Below, piece after piece: positions 46,546 to 55,005 of a DNA stretch of 64,000 nt. The DNA comes from an uncultured Bacteroidales bacterium (GTDB lineage Bacteria > Bacteroidota > Bacteroidia > Bacteroidales > VadinHA17), in contig CAWHED010000006.1 in assembly GCA_963828395.1 (NCBI GenBank), positions 107,316 through 171,315 of the forward strand. Reading direction: 5' to 3'. The notes beneath the pieces were generated by a model. It ran no database searches. It was not told where the DNA came from and saw nothing but the letters and a program-made list of their open reading frames with translations. Numbering within the stretch: the stretch's first letter is position 1; each line of letters starts with the position of its first letter. Both the position numbers and the translations under genes were made by a program.

Positions 46546-49140
46546 TCACCTGGCCACCTTGACCACGGAGACCTTGTTATCATAGAATATACGTGCGAAA
46601 TATACTCCTGAAGCCAGATTTTTGAGAGAGAGTTGCAAGGATCCGGAGATATCAGAAAATGTTTCCTGGCATACCTTTCTGCCGGCATAGTCAAGAAGTT
46701 CAATTTTCACCGATGAGCACCTGGTGAATGCCTCAGATTCTATCGTTACAATATCTTCAGCGGGCAGAGGATAGACCTTTATTCCTTGATCTGTCAGGGG
46801 TGTGTTGTTAATTCCACTCTGACCACTCATTATAAGGGAGAAAGTGCCAGTCAGCCCTCCTCCGCTGCCGTCAACCTGAACCCAGTATTTCTGTCCGGCA
46901 AGGACATTCATCGCAGTAATCCGGGGATTATAGTCGGAATCAGTATAATCATCATTGGCTCCGACGAGCGTATAATTGCCGCTTAGTACGTCCTGATATG
47001 TTGATGCCCTGTAAATGGCTATCTGGTTATCGAACCCGGTCGAATAAAATGTAATTGTCTGATTTGCTGTGGGTGTAAAATGGAACCAGACGCTTTTTTC
47101 AACTATGTTTTTCCCTGTTCCATATTCATCGCACCATGAAAGCTGCCCTGTACAGGATTCAAAAGGCGGAACAGGTTCATTCTCTTCAATAGTGGCGCAA
47201 AGGTTGGAGTAGGGCCCATTGGTTCCGGCACTAATCTCAGTTGCATCAGCGATATTATCATTTGTCTGGGCCGTGAGCGGAATTTTGAACTGGAGGGCGT
47301 TCTGGCAGGTTCCCTGTATACCTGTTAACATTATCTCAATATCGGCACTCCGGGTTAATTGAACTCCTTCGTTCAATTTTACCACTGCCGGATTGGCTGT
47401 GCTGCTTTCTATATGAAAGTAGTCATCAGCAGCATCGGAGAGCGACCAGAGATAAGCATCGGCGCCATAGGCGCGTATCGTCATAATGTTAAACGAGTGT
47501 GAGCAGGAGTTTGCCAGACCTGAAGGATATGCTTCAAGTGAAAGATTTGTTCCGGCACTGATAAAGTTATCGACAGCTTGAATGTCAGAACCAAAGCTGT
47601 TAGTTACTTTCAGAGAAACTCTATAACTGCCATTCACTGTGAAAGATACTTTGGGTGACTGAGAGTCGGAGCCGGTTCCTTCATGGTAAATGACATTTGA
47701 CGGACTGAAAGACCATTGCCACGACAAAGGGTCAAAAGCCGAGAAACCGGTAAGTTCAACAGGTGAATCAACACATGCTGACCTGAATTCCGACAGGAAA
47801 TTTGCATCAGGCAGGTTGTCAGGAGGGTAGTAACCATCAATGAATGTCACGCCTGTATTATCAGGGTCAAGAAAGAGCTGAAGCGGAAAAGTTATTGGTT
47901 GCACCCATGAATAACTTAGCTTTCCAAAATAATCCTTTGTTCTGCCACCATGCAACTGCCCGGTTATCCTTTTGCTCTCATTGAACAGGGGCCCGCCGGA
48001 TGAACCTGAATAGGTTGCCCCGTCATCAAAGACAACTTCCCAGTGCGATCCGGATGGCGTCACTGATCCCCCTTCCCACGATATAGTATCATTATAGGAG
48101 ATTGCGGGATCGTTATCAATAGATATCTTCTTTTTGTTTCCGTCCGGATGATGAATGCAAACCGTATTGAGAGGATCTGTGCCGCTTACATCCCACCCGG
48201 CAAAATATGGCTGGTATAATAATGGCACCTGGTCGTTGAATCTGATAAGTGTAAAATCGGACGATTGGCCCATTGTCTTAATCGACGCTCCGGAAAGCGT
48301 CTGTGGCGTGTATTGGGAGGTAACTACACATGAGGCGTCTTCATAATTGAAGTAGGCTAAAACTGTGGCGGCTTCTGCTTCGGTGTTGATGCAGTGGTTG
48401 GCTGTCAGGAAGTACGGGGTGCCGTCATTTTTAGTATTGTTTATCAGAGCTCCGGAGCATAAGTAACTGTACCGTGCGTCATTGAAACTGTACTTGCAGA
48501 CAGAATGCTTCTGATTCTGCCAGTCTTTCCCCTCATCACAGTTGACCGGAATAAAGCCGTTTGCATCCTCATTTCTCGATTTGATCGCGAATATGTCGAT
48601 ATATGACTGCCCTACCCATCCGATAACAACCTCTCCTCCGAATGAAACCCCTGCAGGCTCATAATACTCGATAATGATATGGTTACCGGGGATATCTCCT
48701 GTCACAAACATCAGGTTTTCGGCCATATTTGATTTTGTGAATGCTCCAATGACATTAACGTACGCGTCATTATAGAGATAAAGCTCAGCACCTTCAGGTA
48801 CCAGATATTTTTTAAAAATCACCTGAACTGACTTGCCGGCTTCTGAATTAATCCTGTACTGCCATAATGTCCCTCCATCAGAAAGTACTGTCCTGGTTCC
48901 TGCCGATTTCATGTCAATGGAAACCTCTTCAAGAACAGCATACCTCAACGGGAGAGGATTTTCTTTATTATAAGCTAACAGACTGGCGGTATCAATTTTC
49001 GGAAGATTGTAGTGAGCCGGAGGTGTAATGCCTTTGACATCGGTTGATTTATATGACCGGGGTAATCCGCCTTCGGAAATTTGAGCAGACAGGTAAAAAC
49101 AAAAAGAAAAAATGACAGCGACAAGAAATACTTTTTTCAT
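46546..49140 (-). CDS. T9SS-secreted trypsin-fold serine endopeptidase (lysyl-endopeptidase-like) with PKD-like and pre-peptidase C-terminal-like domains
   Basis: 864 aa with a signal peptide, catalytic His in FLTANHC and catalytic Ser in SGSSGGPLF. It also has a PKD-like segment (SWQWSFSP...VSLKVTNSFGSD) and a PPC-like segment (NDNIADATEISAG...GANDDY). The C-terminal sorting domain of about 80 aa ends GVYFARIFYDNKVSVVKVAR. Confidence 0.8.
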   Translation of the reverse strand: MKKVFLVAVIFSFCFYLSAQISEGGLPRSYKSTDVKGITPPAHYNLPKIDTASLLAYNKENPLPLRYAVLEEVSIDMKSAGTRTVLSDGGTLWQYRINSEAGKSVQVIFKKYLVPEGAELYLYNDAYVNVIGAFTKSNMAENLMFVTGDIPGNHIIIEYYEPAGVSFGGEVVIGWVGQSYIDIFAIKSRNEDANGFIPVNCDEGKDWQNQKHSVCKYSFNDARYSYLCSGALINNTKNDGTPYFLTANHCINTEAEAATVLAYFNYEDASCVVTSQYTPQTLSGASIKTMGQSSDFTLIRFNDQVPLLYQPYFAGWDVSGTDPLNTVCIHHPDGNKKKISIDNDPAISYNDTISWEGGSVTPSGSHWEVVFDDGATYSGSSGGPLFNESKRITGQLHGGRTKDYFGKLSYSWVQPITFPLQLFLDPDNTGVTFIDGYYPPDNLPDANFLSEFRSACVDSPVELTGFSAFDPLSWQWSFSPSNVIYHEGTGSDSQSPKVSFTVNGSYRVSLKVTNSFGSDIQAVDNFISAGTNLSLEAYPSGLANSCSHSFNIMTIRAYGADAYLWSLSDAADDYFHIESSTANPAVVKLNEGVQLTRSADIEIMLTGIQGTCQNALQFKIPLTAQTNDNIADATEISAGTNGPYSNLCATIEENEPVPPFESCTGQLSWCDEYGTGKNIVEKSVWFHFTPTANQTITFYSTGFDNQIAIYRASTYQDVLSGNYTLVGANDDYTDSDYNPRITAMNVLAGQKYWVQVDGSGGGLTGTFSLIMSGQSGINNTPLTDQGIKVYPLPAEDIVTIESEAFTRCSSVKIELLDYAGRKVCQETFSDISGSLQLSLKNLASGVYFARIFYDNKVSVVKVAR

Positions 49141-49201
49141 TTAGCAAAGCTAAAGAATTTGTCAGATCAATCTATGTTGTAAGTGTAATGACAGGAGGGT
49201 A

Positions 49202-49765
49202 TCAGACTGTCATTATTTCTTTTTCCTTAGCCTCCATTACCTTGTCGATTCGCCCGATATGCTTGTCGGTCAACTCCTGGATAATCTTTTCACCGTTTTT
49301 CTCTTCATCCTCAGGCAGGCCGTCTTTTATAAGCGTTTTAAGCTCATCATTGAACCATTTTCTTGCTGTGCGTATGCTTATCTTTGCGGTCTCGCCTTCC
49401 TGCCTGACCTGTTTCACCAGCTGGTGCCTGCGCTCTTCCGTAAGGGGAGGAACGTTGATACGGATCACCTCTCCGTTGTTTATTGGGGTCATCCCTATGT
49501 TTGCTGCAAGAATGGCTTTCTCGATAACATTCAGCATGGGCTTTTCCCACGGCTGTATCAGAATACTCTTTGCATCGGGAGTATTTATATTCGAGACCTG
49601 CGACAGGGGTGTCATGGTGCCGTAATAGTCGATATTAATTCCGTCAAGCAGCAGCGGATTGGCTCGCCCTGCGCGTAGATGTGAAAGCTCGTATTCAAGG
49701 TGCTTTATGGCTTTGTCCATTCGCTCTTCGGCTTCATCTTTTGTAAGTTCCAGTTCGTCAGTCAT
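49202..49765 (-). CDS. frr: ribosome recycling factor
   Basis: MTDELELTKDEAEERMDKAIKHLEYELSHLRAGRANPLLLDGI... is a typical RRF. The start is placed at ATG 49765, not the upstream in-frame codon at 49822. Confidence 0.93.
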   Translation of the reverse strand: MTDELELTKDEAEERMDKAIKHLEYELSHLRAGRANPLLLDGINIDYYGTMTPLSQVSNINTPDAKSILIQPWEKPMLNVIEKAILAANIGMTPINNGEVIRINVPPLTEERRHQLVKQVRQEGETAKISIRTARKWFNDELKTLIKDGLPEDEEKNGEKIIQELTDKHIGRIDKVMEAKEKEIMTV

Positions 49766-49811
49766 ATGATCCGTATTTTTTCCGGTGGTAACAAATGTAA
49801 AAAAAATCTTT

Positions 49812-50519
49812 TCAGGGAGCAAGAAAGGTACCGCACTTACTGCCGGATGTCACAGCTTCAAGGTTGCCTTCGGTGTTCATATCAAAGACGATGACAGGCA
49901 TATTGTTCTCGCTGCACATTGTGAAGGCAGTCTGGTCCATTACCTTAAGCTTCTTCTCCATTGCCTCATCAAATGTCAGGGTCTCATACCTGACCGCAGA
50001 GTGGTCTTTCTCGGGATCGGCAGTATAGACGCCGTCTACGCGAGTGCCTTTTAACAGTACCTCACAGCCCAGCTCTGTTGCACGCAGGGCAGCTGCCGTA
50101 TCTGTTGTGAAGAAAGGATTGCCGGTGCCTCCGGCAAGGATGCATACATTACCGTTGTTCATTGCTTCCGAGACCTTATCACGGTGATAAAGTTCGCCCA
50201 CCGGCTCCATACGTATGGAGGTGAATACTTTAGCCCTGCATCCTGCCCTGCTGAGGAAACTCTCTAAAGCCAGGCTGTTTATCACCGTGGCAAGCATGCC
50301 CATCTGATCTCCCTTATAGCGGTCATATCCTTCGTCACTGCCACCCAGGCCGCGGAATATGTTACCGCCACCGATGACAATAGCCACCTGGCAGCCTGAA
50401 TCAGCAACTTTCCTTATCTGCCTGGCATAGCTTGTCAGCACCATTGTATCAAGGCCATTTCCATCAGACCCTCCGACAGACTCTCCGCTGAGCTTAAGCA
50501 GTATCCTTTTATATTTCAT
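49812..50519 (-). CDS. pyrH: UMP kinase
   Basis: 235 aa with MKYKRILLKLSGE, IVIGGGNIFRG, GTGNPFFTTDTAAALRA and VDGVYTADP. Confidence 0.95.
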   Translation of the reverse strand: MKYKRILLKLSGESVGGSDGNGLDTMVLTSYARQIRKVADSGCQVAIVIGGGNIFRGLGGSDEGYDRYKGDQMGMLATVINSLALESFLSRAGCRAKVFTSIRMEPVGELYHRDKVSEAMNNGNVCILAGGTGNPFFTTDTAAALRATELGCEVLLKGTRVDGVYTADPEKDHSAVRYETLTFDEAMEKKLKVMDQTAFTMCSENNMPVIVFDMNTEGNLEAVTSGSKCGTFLAP

Positions 50520-50594
50520 TATAACAACCTGTTTTTATGATGGTAACGAAATCATCAAAAATTATGCCTGAAATCCTGGTCATATATATTACAA

Positions 50595-50623
50595 GTAACG
50601 ACGCCCTGTCAGGGCGTCGCTAC
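50595..50623 (-). terminator. intrinsic terminator hairpin after the DUF2892 gene
   Basis: Minus-strand sequence GTAGCGACGCCC-TGACA-GGGCGTCGTTAC followed by TTGTAATATAT. It shares its core sequence with the hairpin at 50914-50939. Confidence 0.5.
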
Positions 50624-50649
50624 CTTAATAGCATCACAGCCGGGTGTAA

Positions 50650-50856
50650 CTATTCTTTTTTTTCCTTTTCGAGGGTGTCTGTCCTGAACAGGTACCAGAT
50701 CGGGCAGGTCTTTGTTAGCGCAGTCACGACAAGAATTAATGCAAGGATAATTAATATTATCCCTAGCCACTTGTTTACGACGAAATAAAGAATTACAGCC
50801 AGGGCTGCAAGTACCAGTCGTACAATCATGTCTGTTTTACCAACGTTCTTTTTCAT
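50650..50856 (-). CDS. DUF2892 (YgaP-like) small membrane protein
   Basis: 68 aa: MKKNVGKTDMIVRLVLAALAVILYFV...LTKTCPIWYLFRTDT. It has two TM helices and the conserved CP.Y motif of this family. Confidence 0.7.
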   Translation of the reverse strand: MKKNVGKTDMIVRLVLAALAVILYFVVNKWLGIILIILALILVVTALTKTCPIWYLFRTDTLEKEKKE

Positions 50857-50913
50857 AGTTTGATAATTTTAAGGGTATTAAGTTACAGATTTTTTAATTA
50901 TGAACATAAAAAA

Positions 50914-50939
50914 GTAACGACGCCGATCCGGGCGTCGCT
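50914..50939 (-). terminator. second hairpin/terminator downstream of tsf
   Basis: Minus-strand sequence AGCGACGCC-CGGATC-GGCGTCGTT followed by ACTTTTTTAT. It is tandem to the hairpin at 50958-50986. Confidence 0.45.
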
Positions 50940-50957
50940 TGATTGGGGATAAAACAA

Positions 50958-50986
50958 ATAGAGACACCCGACTTGGGCGTCTCTAT
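50958..50986 (-). terminator. intrinsic terminator of tsf
   Basis: Minus-strand sequence ATAGAGACGCCC-AAGTC-GGGTGTCTCTAT (12-bp stem with one G-U) followed by TTGTTTTAT. It lies about 28 nt after the tsf stop. Confidence 0.6.
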
Positions 50987-51013
50987 AATGTGGTGTAAAG
51001 TATAATTTGTGTA

Positions 51014-51844
51014 TTATACAGTCAGCGAATAACGCAGGAACCCGGTTGCCTTGAGCTCTTTGTTCTTGCTCTCAAGGTACTGTCTGACGGAAAGCTTGCT
51101 GTCCTTGATGAACTCCTGGTTCATGAGAGTACTTTCCTTGAAGAATTTGTTCACCTTGCCCTGGGCAATTTTTTCGAGCATATCTTCAGGCTTGCCTTCG
51201 CGGCGTGCCTGTTCCCTGCCGATCTCCAGCTCCTGTGCCAGGATCTTTGCAGGAACGTCATCCTTATCAACTGAAACAGGATTCATTGCAGCAACCTGCA
51301 TGGCAACGTCCTTGTAAACCTGAACGTCAATTCCTGCTTTGGTGAAGCCCACAAGGGTGGCAAGCTTGTTCCCGGCATGAATATAAGCCTGAACAGCCGG
51401 AGCGCTGATTTTATCGAAATATGACAGTTCAAACTTTTCTCCGGTTATACCGCTCTTCTCCAGAACAAGCTCGGCAGTTTTCTTACCGTCAACAGCGGTA
51501 TTCTTCAGAGCTTCAAGATCGGCCGGATCAGTCTTCAGGGCAGCGTCAAGGATCTTGTTTCCAAGAGCGATGAAATCAGCGTTTTTGGCAACAAAGTCAG
51601 TCTCGCAGTTGAGCGCGATCATCATGCCTTTCTTACCGTCAGCGGTTGTTTTTGCAAGTACCACGCCTTCTGAAGCCTCTCGGTCAGAACGTTTGTTTGC
51701 TATAGCCTGACCTCTTTTACGAATCAGTTCCTGGGCTTTCTCGAAGTCGCCTGTGGCTTCTTCAAGTGCCTTCTTACAGTCCATCATGCCGGCTCCCGTC
51801 AATCTTCTCAGTTTGGCGACATCGGCAGCACTTATATTTGACAT
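51014..51844 (-). CDS. tsf: translation elongation factor Ts
   Basis: 276 aa with the UBA-like N-terminus ISAADVAKLRRLTGAGMMDCKKALEEATGDFEKAQELIRKRG and the core CETDFVAKN. Confidence 0.95.
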   Translation of the reverse strand: MSNISAADVAKLRRLTGAGMMDCKKALEEATGDFEKAQELIRKRGQAIANKRSDREASEGVVLAKTTADGKKGMMIALNCETDFVAKNADFIALGNKILDAALKTDPADLEALKNTAVDGKKTAELVLEKSGITGEKFELSYFDKISAPAVQAYIHAGNKLATLVGFTKAGIDVQVYKDVAMQVAAMNPVSVDKDDVPAKILAQELEIGREQARREGKPEDMLEKIAQGKVNKFFKESTLMNQEFIKDSKLSVRQYLESKNKELKATGFLRYSLTV

Positions 51845-51868
51845 ACTTTCTTCAGTTAGTGTTTGATC

Positions 51869-52741
51869 TTATTTTACCTCTTCCTCAGTCTCTGCTTCAG
51901 CTTCGGGTTTTCCAACAGCTTCAGTCTCTTCCTCTACCTCAGCTACCACCTCGTGCTTCTCTTCTTCATAATCGAGTGCATGGAATTTGCCTTTATGTGC
52001 ACCTTCGGGAACAGCTTCCTTCTCGGCCGGTGAATTCTCCTTATCTTTTTCTGCCTTACGCTCATTCAGACCTTCAGCAAGAGCCTGGCACATGATATTG
52101 ATCACCAGTGAAATTGATTTGGCGGCATCATCGTTGGCAGGTATGACGAAGTCGATCTCTGAGGGATCAGAGTTTGTGTCAACCATGGCGAACACCGGTA
52201 TCCCCAGTCTTTTTGCCTCATGAACGGCTATCCGTTCCTTGGATACGTCAACCACGAACAAAGCTGAGGGCTGGCGTGTCATGTCTGCTATTGAGCCGAG
52301 GTTTTTCTCAAGCTTGGCTCTCTGGCGGGTAATCTGAAGCTTCTCTCTTTTTGAGAGGTTATCAAATGTACCGTCGGTAGCCATCTTGTCTATCGAGCCC
52401 ATCTTCTTCACCGCCTTACGGATGGTGGGGAAGTTGGTAAGCATACCACCCGGCCACCTCTCGGTGACATATGGCATGTTCACTGATCCGACTTTTTCTG
52501 CTACAATATCCTTAGCCTGTTTTTTTGTGGCCACGAAAAGAACCTTGCGGCCACTCTTGGCTATCTGCTTCATTGCAGCAGCAGCTTCGTCAATCTTGGC
52601 TGAGGTTTTTTCAAGGTCAATGATGTGAATGCCGTTGCGCTCCATGAATATATAAGGAGCCATTCCGGGGTTCCATTTTCTTTTCAGGTGCCCGAAGTGT
52701 ACACCGGCATCAAGTAATTCATTAAAATTGGTTCTTGACAT
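51869..52741 (-). CDS. rpsB: 30S ribosomal protein S2 (with acidic C-terminal tail)
   Basis: LLDAGVHFGHLKRKWNPGMAPYIF, LFVATKKQAK and VFAMVDTNSDP. The C-terminus is Glu-rich (EVVAEVEEETEAVGKPEAEAETEEEVK). Confidence 0.95.
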   Translation of the reverse strand: MSRTNFNELLDAGVHFGHLKRKWNPGMAPYIFMERNGIHIIDLEKTSAKIDEAAAAMKQIAKSGRKVLFVATKKQAKDIVAEKVGSVNMPYVTERWPGGMLTNFPTIRKAVKKMGSIDKMATDGTFDNLSKREKLQITRQRAKLEKNLGSIADMTRQPSALFVVDVSKERIAVHEAKRLGIPVFAMVDTNSDPSEIDFVIPANDDAAKSISLVINIMCQALAEGLNERKAEKDKENSPAEKEAVPEGAHKGKFHALDYEEEKHEVVAEVEEETEAVGKPEAEAETEEEVK

Positions 52742-52856
52742 TTTCTGTGTTTGTTAAAGTTTACGTTCTGTGAAGTCAATTGCAGAGTAGTTCCTCGCGG
52801 GAAGTCAATGCAATTTAGATACTAAACCTGCATCTATGATAATTGCTGTTGAACTC

Positions 52857-53243
52857 CTAACGCTTGCTGAACTGGAACCTCTTACGTGCTTTGGGCTGAC
52901 CCGGTTTCTTTCTCTCCACCTCGCGCGGATCGCGTGTAGTAAAACCTTCAGCCTTCAGCTTGGGTTTGTACTCCGGATCAATCTTGATGAGAGCTCTGGA
53001 AATCCCAAGACGTATCGCCTCTGCCTGACCTTTGGATCCACCGCCGTCAAGGGTGACTGTGATGTCATATTTGTCGGCAACATTGAGAAGGTTAAGAGGC
53101 TGAAGGACAACATACTGCAGGATTTCATTCGGAAAATACTGTTTGAATTCCCTGTCGTTGATGGTGATTTGTCCCTTGCCGTCGTTAAGGTAAACCCTGG
53201 CAACAGCTGCCTTCCTTCTTCCGATAGCGTTAATAACTTCCAT
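52857..53243 (-). CDS. rpsI: 30S ribosomal protein S9
   Basis: 128 aa: GRRKAAVARVYL...GGGSKGQAEAIRLGISRAL...RDPREVERKKPGQPKARKRFQFSKR. Confidence 0.95.
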   Translation of the reverse strand: MEVINAIGRRKAAVARVYLNDGKGQITINDREFKQYFPNEILQYVVLQPLNLLNVADKYDITVTLDGGGSKGQAEAIRLGISRALIKIDPEYKPKLKAEGFTTRDPREVERKKPGQPKARKRFQFSKR

Positions 53244-53248
53244 GTTTC

Positions 53249-53704
53249 TTACTTAATGGTTTTTAAATCAATTAGTTTGGGTTTCTGGGCCTCGTGCTGG
53301 TGCTCCGGGCCTGCATACAGATAAAGGTTCCTGAAGATGGCGCTGCCGAGACGTGATTTCGGAAGCATCCCTTTAATGGCATACTCTACCATTCTTGTCG
53401 GGTGCTTCTTCATCAGCTCATTAGCCATGACGATCCTCTGGCCACCAGGGTAACCCGTGTGCCTGATATACTCTTTGCCTGTCATCTTTTCCCCCGTCAG
53501 CGTGACTTTGTCGGCATTGATAACAATTACGTTATCACCGCAGTCAACATGAGGCGTGAAGCTTGTCTTGTGCTTCCCCCTCAGCATCAGGGCTACTACA
53601 GATGCCAGACGTCCGAGTGTCTGACCCTCTGCATCTACCAGTACCCACTCTTTCTCTACAGTAGCCTTATTGGCTGATACTGTCTTGTAGCTTAAGGTGT
53701 TCAC
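53249..53704 (-). CDS. rplM: 50S ribosomal protein L13
   Basis: 151 aa: (M)NTLSYKTVSANKATVEKEWVLVDAEGQTLGRLAS...YIRHTGYPGG. GTG start. Confidence 0.93.
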   Translation of the reverse strand: MNTLSYKTVSANKATVEKEWVLVDAEGQTLGRLASVVALMLRGKHKTSFTPHVDCGDNVIVINADKVTLTGEKMTGKEYIRHTGYPGGQRIVMANELMKKHPTRMVEYAIKGMLPKSRLGSAIFRNLYLYAGPEHQHEAQKPKLIDLKTIK

Positions 53705-53766
53705 TTTAGTACTTAGGTTTCGTTAATAAATGATTTTCAAAATATAAACCCCATTTTTAGGGTTTG

Positions 53767-53798
53767 CAAAAATACAACATATTTTTATTTCGAGCAAT
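53767..53798 (-). promoter_or_regulatory. candidate Bacteroidetes-type promoter for rplM-rpsI
   Basis: The minus strand reads ATTG-N20-TATTTTTG. The -7 element matches the Bacteroidetes consensus TAnnTTTG exactly. The -33 element matches TTG of TTTG. It lies about 65 nt upstream of the rplM start. This is motif-only evidence. Confidence 0.3.
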
Positions 53799-53988
53799 AT
53801 GTTGTACTTTTAATTTCTTTATGATCTCATGTTCAGCAGACCGGTCCCCCGGATAATTCACCAGATTTGCCTCATGCCGGCAACATTCCTTATGCCGGTA
53901 TCACTATTGCTTCTGTCTTCGGTATCAATTGGCGGAGCCACATTCTTTTCTTATTTTTACAAGCTGTTACTTATGTTTGAAAGCACTT

Positions 53989-54468
53989 ATGGTACTTAAT
54001 TCTGAAGACAGGAAATTCCTGAAGCTGGCAATAGAGACCGCATCAGACAACATAAAGGAGCAGGGAGGGCCTTTTGGAGCTGTCATCGTCAGCCAGGGGA
54101 ACATCATCTCCCGTGCCGGCAACAGCGTCGTTACCGGGCATGATCCCACGGCACACGCGGAGGTGCAGGCTATCAGGATGGCTGCTGCTGCCCTGGGTAC
54201 ACATGACCTCAGCGGCTGCGTGATATATTCATCCTGCGAGCCTTGCCCTATGTGCCTGGGAGCAATATACTGGGCAGGCATCAGGCGCCTTGTCTATGCT
54301 TCTGACCGCTATAAGGCAGCAGCATCAGGGTTTGATGATGAGATGATTTACACCGAGCTGGCTCTCGACCATGAGAAGAGAAGCATTGTCATGAACCGCG
54401 GTATGAAAGACGAAGGAGACAGCGTTTTCAGACAGTGGGATATTTTCCCGGGGAAAGTCTTATATTGA
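53989..54468 (+). CDS. nucleoside deaminase of the CDA superfamily (guanine deaminase/TadA-like)
   Basis: GGPFGAVIV, zinc motifs HAEVQAI and PCPMCLGAIYWAG. The start is placed at ATG 53989 (MVLNSEDRKFL). Confidence 0.8.
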   Translation: MVLNSEDRKFLKLAIETASDNIKEQGGPFGAVIVSQGNIISRAGNSVVTGHDPTAHAEVQAIRMAAAALGTHDLSGCVIYSSCEPCPMCLGAIYWAGIRRLVYASDRYKAAASGFDDEMIYTELALDHEKRSIVMNRGMKDEGDSVFRQWDIFPGKVLY

Positions 54469-54477
54469 TAAACACAG

Positions 54478-55005
54478 ATGCCAAGAGTTAACAGGGAGTT
54501 TTTCCTCGGTGATGCTGTAAGTGTGGCACGGCGCCTGCCCGGTATGGATATTGTGATTGATGGGGGCAGCATTCCGGAACACTATATGATCATGGAGACT
54601 GAAGCATACCTGGGAGAAAATGACAAGGCATGCCATGCCAGCAAAGGAAGAACAAAACGCACAGAGGTGATGTACCTTGAGGGAGGGCACCTCTATATTT
54701 ATTTTGTTTACGGAATGCATTGGATGATGAATATTGTCACAGGTCCCGGCGATAACCCCCAGGCTGTTCTCATAAGAGGTGCAGCCTCGTTCACCGGCCC
54801 GGGACGCGTTACAAGGAACCTCGGCATAAACGGTTCATACAATGGTGAGGATATCACAACATCATCAAGAATATGGGTGGAGGACACAGGTTACAGGCCG
54901 GAACTTGCCGCAGGCCCCCGGGTTGGAATAAACTATGCCGGAGAGCCATGGGTGAGCAAGCCATGGCGGTTTATAATCACAAAAAAAATAACCGATAGAA
55001 TATGA
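54478..55005 (+). CDS. mpg: DNA-3-methyladenine glycosylase (Mpg/AAG family)
   Basis: 175 aa with FFLGDAVSVARRLPG, ETEAYLGENDKACHASKGRTKRTEVMY, GHLYIYFVYGMHWMMN and GPGRVTRNLGI. Confidence 0.88.
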   Translation: MPRVNREFFLGDAVSVARRLPGMDIVIDGGSIPEHYMIMETEAYLGENDKACHASKGRTKRTEVMYLEGGHLYIYFVYGMHWMMNIVTGPGDNPQAVLIRGAASFTGPGRVTRNLGINGSYNGEDITTSSRIWVEDTGYRPELAAGPRVGINYAGEPWVSKPWRFIITKKITDRI

